Positions 60,677 to 64,000 of a stretch of 64,000 bases of DNA are shown here, piece by piece; within the stretch, counting starts at the first letter, position 1, and each line of letters starts with the position of its first letter. The stretch comes from Pseudomonadota bacterium. Its GTDB lineage: Bacteria; Verrucomicrobiota; Verrucomicrobiia; Limisphaerales; SXTU01. The notes under the pieces are model-generated. The model worked only from the letters and a program-made list of their open reading frames with translations. It did not search any database and was not told where the DNA came from. The stretch is taken from positions 3,975-67,974 of the forward strand of contig RFVF01000013.1 in the NCBI GenBank assembly GCA_009922615.1. The letters run 5' to 3'. The position numbers were made by a program, and so were the translations under genes.

Positions 60677-60876
60677 GGCGGCAGTGTAGCGGAAACCGGG
60701 CGGGGGAAAAGCCGGAACCGCTCAGGCGGCAAGGCAATCATCGCGCAGCACCCCGCCGCCGCCGGCATCACTTCCTCGAAGTCAGGGTGGTTGCGGCAGC
60801 ATGTTCCGGCGCGGAGTGAGCCGAGTTGGGAAGGGGTCCCGGATTGTCAGATGCTCGTTCCCGAAGAGGGTGTTAA

Positions 60877-61188
60877 TCAGGAGTGTGGAGTTCGCGTTTC
60901 GGGGGAGGCTGCTGGTCGGTTGGGATGCCAAACAGCAATTGCGATGGCGTGAACGAGACACATACTTACGCCAAGCACGGAGAAGGCCGTGTAGTAGTCG
61001 CCACCCGCAGCGATTTCCTGCATCCGCTTCTCAACGCTGTAGTTCGCAGGCTCATTCAGGACACCCTTGTGGTAGAACTCACGATACATACTGTAGGCAT
61101 GAGTCTTATGAGCTGCCATCGCCATCGCGCCGAGGTAAATGAATGCCGCAGCTGCTAGGATGTTCGCCGTGATCAATGCCCATTTCAT
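60877..61188 (-). CDS. Small membrane protein (103 aa, two predicted TM helices)
   Basis: MKWALITANILAAAAFIYLGAMAMAA ... YYTAFSVLGVSMCLVHAIAIAVW. The ATG is 8 nt after the ispG stop. GC content is about 50%, lower than its neighbours. Confidence 0.5.
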   Translation of the reverse strand: MKWALITANILAAAAFIYLGAMAMAAHKTHAYSMYREFYHKGVLNEPANYSVEKRMQEIAAGGDYYTAFSVLGVSMCLVHAIAIAVWHPNRPAASPETRTPHS

Positions 61189-61195
61189 TCCAAAT

Positions 61196-62986
61196 TCACG
61201 ATGGAGCTGATGCCACTTCCGGCTCCACCCACTTGTTGTGTTCTTTGATGAGATCCACGAGGCGCTCCACGGCCTCGGCTTCGGGAATGTTGAACTTGAT
61301 GGGGGTCTTGCCGACGTAGAGGTTGATCTTGCCGGGAGCGCCGCCCACATAGCCGAAGTCTGCGTCCGCCATCTCGCCGGGGCCATTCACGATGCAGCCC
61401 ATGATGGCGATCTTCACGCCCTTGAGATGCTCGGTGCGCGCCTTGATTCGCGCGGTCACGGTCTGGAGGTTGAAGAGCGTGCGCCCGCAGCTAGGACAGG
61501 CCACGTAGTCCGTCTTGAAGCTGCGGCAGCCGGCGGCTTGAAGGATGTTGTAGGCCAGCCGCAGACTCATGCCCGCGCCGCTCTCGCCGCGAACCAAAAT
61601 GGCGTCGCCAATGCCGTCTGCCAGCAACGAGCCAATGTTCACGGCGGCGCGGAGGAGGGCGATCTTGGGTTCGAGGACCGACGCCTCAAAGGCGAGGCAA
61701 TCCTTCAATAGAATCGGATTTCGTCTGCCCAATTTGTTGAGCTGAGCAATCAGCAAACGGAACGCGGTGATGGGTGGGAGGTTCACGCCGTCCTTCACGG
61801 TCACGAGCTGGGTGTCGCAGTTGATGTCCTCGATCTTGATCTCCTGCGTAGGGTCGAGTTCAAGGAGGTTGAGGTCTTCGTAGATGCCCTCGGGTTTCAC
61901 ATCGTCCTTCGGGCGAATCTTCGGTGCAACCTTGTCAAACGTGGCGCGGGTGACGACGACGCGGACGGTCTGCTCGCCGCCGCATTTGGCGGTGTCGCTG
62001 AGTTCGACCTCGGGTGTGGCGCGTCGCTCGAAGTGAAATGGATCGAAGGGGAATTGCAGATCGAGGATCGGCAGTTGCGCGTTCGCCAGTTTGGGAATCT
62101 GCGCCAGCAGGTCGTTGCAGACTTCGATCTCACGCGGGGAATCCTCGGTGAGCGAGACACGGATGGTGTCGCCGAGACCGTCGCAGAGGAGGGAGCCGAT
62201 GCCGATGGCGGACTTGATGCGGCCGTCCTCGCCTTCGCCGGCTTCGGTGACGCCGAGGTGGAGCGGGTAGTTCCAGTCCGGTCCTTCTTTATCGAGGCGC
62301 GCCGCGAGCAGGCGGTAGCATTCGATCATCACCTTCGGGTTGCTCGATTTCATCGAGAACTTGAAGTTGTGGAAGTCGTGCTTGCGGCAGATGCGGGCGA
62401 ACTCCAGCGCACTCTCGACCATGCCCAGCGGCGTGTCGCCGTAGCGGTTCATGATGCGGTCGGAGAGCGAGCCGTGGTTGGTGCCGATGCGCAGGGCACG
62501 ATTGAGTTCCTTCAGCTTGAGGACGAGCGGCGTGAACTTCTCCTCGATACGGCCCAGCTCGGCGATGTAATCACCGTCGGTGTATTCTTTGATGGCGAAT
62601 TTCTTGGAGTCGGCGTAGTTGCCGGGGTTGATGCGGACCATCTCCACCCAGTTGGCGGCCTCCATGGCGGCATCGGGCTTGAAGTGGATGTCGGCGACAA
62701 TGGGCACGAGGCAGCCGCGCGCACGCAGTTCCACGACGATGTTCTTCAAGTTCGCCGCGTCCTTCACGGTGGGCGCGGTGATGCGGACGATCTGGCAGCC
62801 GACGGCGACGAGTTCGAGGGTTTGCTTCACGCACTCGGCGGTGTCCATCGTGTCGCAGGTGAGCATGGATTGCTTCACTACGGGATGGACCCCACCGATG
62901 ATGACGCCGCCGCGCGCGGGGTCGCCGACGGTGACTTCGCGCGAGGCGCGTCGGTGGAAGAGGTAAGGGGAAACGCAGTAGCGCAT
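61196..62986 (-). CDS. ispG: 4-hydroxy-3-methylbut-2-en-1-yl diphosphate synthase, long form with inserted domain
   Basis: TIM-barrel N-domain (QSMLTCDT...VRITAPT...RINPGN), a large central insert, and a C-terminal Fe-S domain with CPSCGRT...GCIVNGPGE. The 596 aa length matches the long (three-domain) IspG class. Confidence 0.93.
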   Translation of the reverse strand: MRYCVSPYLFHRRASREVTVGDPARGGVIIGGVHPVVKQSMLTCDTMDTAECVKQTLELVAVGCQIVRITAPTVKDAANLKNIVVELRARGCLVPIVADIHFKPDAAMEAANWVEMVRINPGNYADSKKFAIKEYTDGDYIAELGRIEEKFTPLVLKLKELNRALRIGTNHGSLSDRIMNRYGDTPLGMVESALEFARICRKHDFHNFKFSMKSSNPKVMIECYRLLAARLDKEGPDWNYPLHLGVTEAGEGEDGRIKSAIGIGSLLCDGLGDTIRVSLTEDSPREIEVCNDLLAQIPKLANAQLPILDLQFPFDPFHFERRATPEVELSDTAKCGGEQTVRVVVTRATFDKVAPKIRPKDDVKPEGIYEDLNLLELDPTQEIKIEDINCDTQLVTVKDGVNLPPITAFRLLIAQLNKLGRRNPILLKDCLAFEASVLEPKIALLRAAVNIGSLLADGIGDAILVRGESGAGMSLRLAYNILQAAGCRSFKTDYVACPSCGRTLFNLQTVTARIKARTEHLKGVKIAIMGCIVNGPGEMADADFGYVGGAPGKINLYVGKTPIKFNIPEAEAVERLVDLIKEHNKWVEPEVASAPS

Positions 62987-63011
62987 GGGTGAAATCAGGG
63001 AGCGGGAGAAG

Positions 63012-63095
63012 GATTAAGAGTAAGAGAATGGGCAAGAGTATGGAGCAGGGGGACGCTCTGGCTCTTGATCGTTCTCTTAATCGGGTTCCTGCTCC
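63012..63095. repeat. AAGAG-word inverted repeats in the rseP-ispG spacer
   Basis: GATTAAGAG (63012-63020) pairs with CTCTTAATC (63074-63082). CAAGAG (63033-63038) pairs with CTCTTG (63062-63067). GGAGCAGG (63042-63049) pairs with CCTGCTCC (63088-63095). The first two pairs nest and the third crosses them. Confidence 0.5.
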
Positions 63096-63101
63096 ACATC
63101 G

Positions 63102-64000
63102 TTACTTCGCAGGTGACGGAGCCGGGGCCGGGTCGATCTGGCTGCTTTGCTGGAACATGGACTTGAAGAGCGAGGAGCGCTTCCACAAATCGTTGAACGA
63201 GACGTAGGCCATGAAGGTAAGCAGCATCACGGCGAAGGCGGTGGTGGCGTATTCCTGCAACTTCACGCTGATCGGCTTGCCGCGCAGCCGTTCGTAAATG
63301 GCCATCATGATGTGGCCGCCGTCGAGGACGGGGATGGGGAACAGGTTGAGCACGGCGAGGTTGATGTTGAGCAACACCATGAAGCTCAGGGCGAGCCGGT
63401 AGTCGGTCTTCACGTAGCTGGCGAGCATCGCCAGGATGCCCGGCGGGCCGCTGAGGTCCTCAATGCCGACGCCCGTTTCTTTGGAATGGAACAGCGCGTT
63501 CATTGTGCGCCAAGTCCGGTCCCAGACTTCCTCGATCTGCACCCACGGCAGCGGGCCGGGCTTCTGAACTTCGTAGCGCGTCGGTGTGTTCGCGAAGGCG
63601 ATTCCGATGCGGGCCTTCTTGGCGCCAGCGTCCAGCACGCGCGGAGTGAGGTTGAGCGTCACGCGCTTGCCGGCGCGCTCGACGATCAACTCGGTGGCTT
63701 GCCCGCCGCGTTTGCCAACGAGGTCGATCAACTGCGCCTTGCCCACGACGGGCACGCCCGCGAAGCCGATGATTACGTCGCCCGCCAGCACCTTGGCTTC
63801 GGCGGCTGGACTGCCCGGCGAGGTGTCGCCGACGACGACTTTTTCCTCGGAGTCGAGGTTGAGCATCTTGAGCTTGAGTGGGTTGTCTGAGCTGGCGGTG
63901 AGCTGGTAGTTTTTACGCTCGCCGGCGTGCTCGAGGATGACGGGAATGACGTTGGTGGGCGCAAGGATGGTCGCCTCGAATACTTCGGACCAGGACTTCA
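63102..64000 (-). CDS. rseP: RIP metalloprotease RseP (site-2 protease, M50 family), N-terminal part lies beyond the window
   Basis: The reading frame stays open to base 64000 (…KSWSEVFEATILAPTNV…). PDZ region GSPAAEAKVLAGDVIIGFAG, and the C-terminal M50 motif LLNINLAVLNLFPIPVLDGGH. Confidence 0.9.
   Translation of the reverse strand, partial: KSWSEVFEATILAPTNVIPVILEHAGERKNYQLTASSDNPLKLKMLNLDSEEKVVVGDTSPGSPAAEAKVLAGDVIIGFAGVPVVGKAQLIDLVGKRGGQATELIVERAGKRVTLNLTPRVLDAGAKKARIGIAFANTPTRYEVQKPGPLPWVQIEEVWDRTWRTMNALFHSKETGVGIEDLSGPPGILAMLASYVKTDYRLALSFMVLLNINLAVLNLFPIPVLDGGHIMMAIYERLRGKPISVKLQEYATTAFAVMLLTFMAYVSFNDLWKRSSLFKSMFQQSSQIDPAPAPSPAK

Overview
High-GC (~62-63%) bacterial chromosomal segment. 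The gene content points to the PVC superphylum, most likely a Verrucomicrobiota-like organism: a DUF1549/DUF1553 + DUF1501 pair, a PSCyt1-type cytochrome c-WD40 protein, ThuA, DUF1080, many Tat-signal sugar enzymes and sulfatases. I support about 55 protein genes, packed on both strands. Most are housekeeping: gcvH, ruvC, pyc, pyrH, clpP, clpX, an lptF/G-family permease, dapA, fabI, parB, def, rsgA, yajQ, ispG, rseP. There is one clear RNA gene, a type-A RNase P RNA (rnpB), directly upstream of a minimal hopanoid pair (shc plus an hpnG-like gene). By eye I found no tRNA, rRNA, CRISPR array, transposase, integrase or phage genes, and no recognisable defence or secretion island. The candidates most worth follow-up are listed here. 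(1) A 1117-aa fusion of an unknown N-domain, a GHMP-kinase-like domain with a degenerate phosphate loop and a UDPGP-type pyrophosphorylase, sitting behind a separate GalU-like gene. (2) An orphan Mpa/ARC-type AAA+ unfoldase followed by a small acidic ORF, with no proteasome or Pup-ligase genes nearby. (3) A frame-disrupted DUF1549/DUF1553 gene inside an ATGA-coupled operon headed by ruvC. (4) Several intergenic hairpins built from short repeated purine-rich words and their complements, some of which cover the start codon of the downstream gene. (5) A 50-codon ORF translationally coupled on both sides, between a membrane-fused DCC-family thiol oxidoreductase and a TIGR01777-type epimerase. All family assignments come from motif recognition by eye, not from database searches. 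The many long antisense ORFs in the track are treated as high-GC artefacts.
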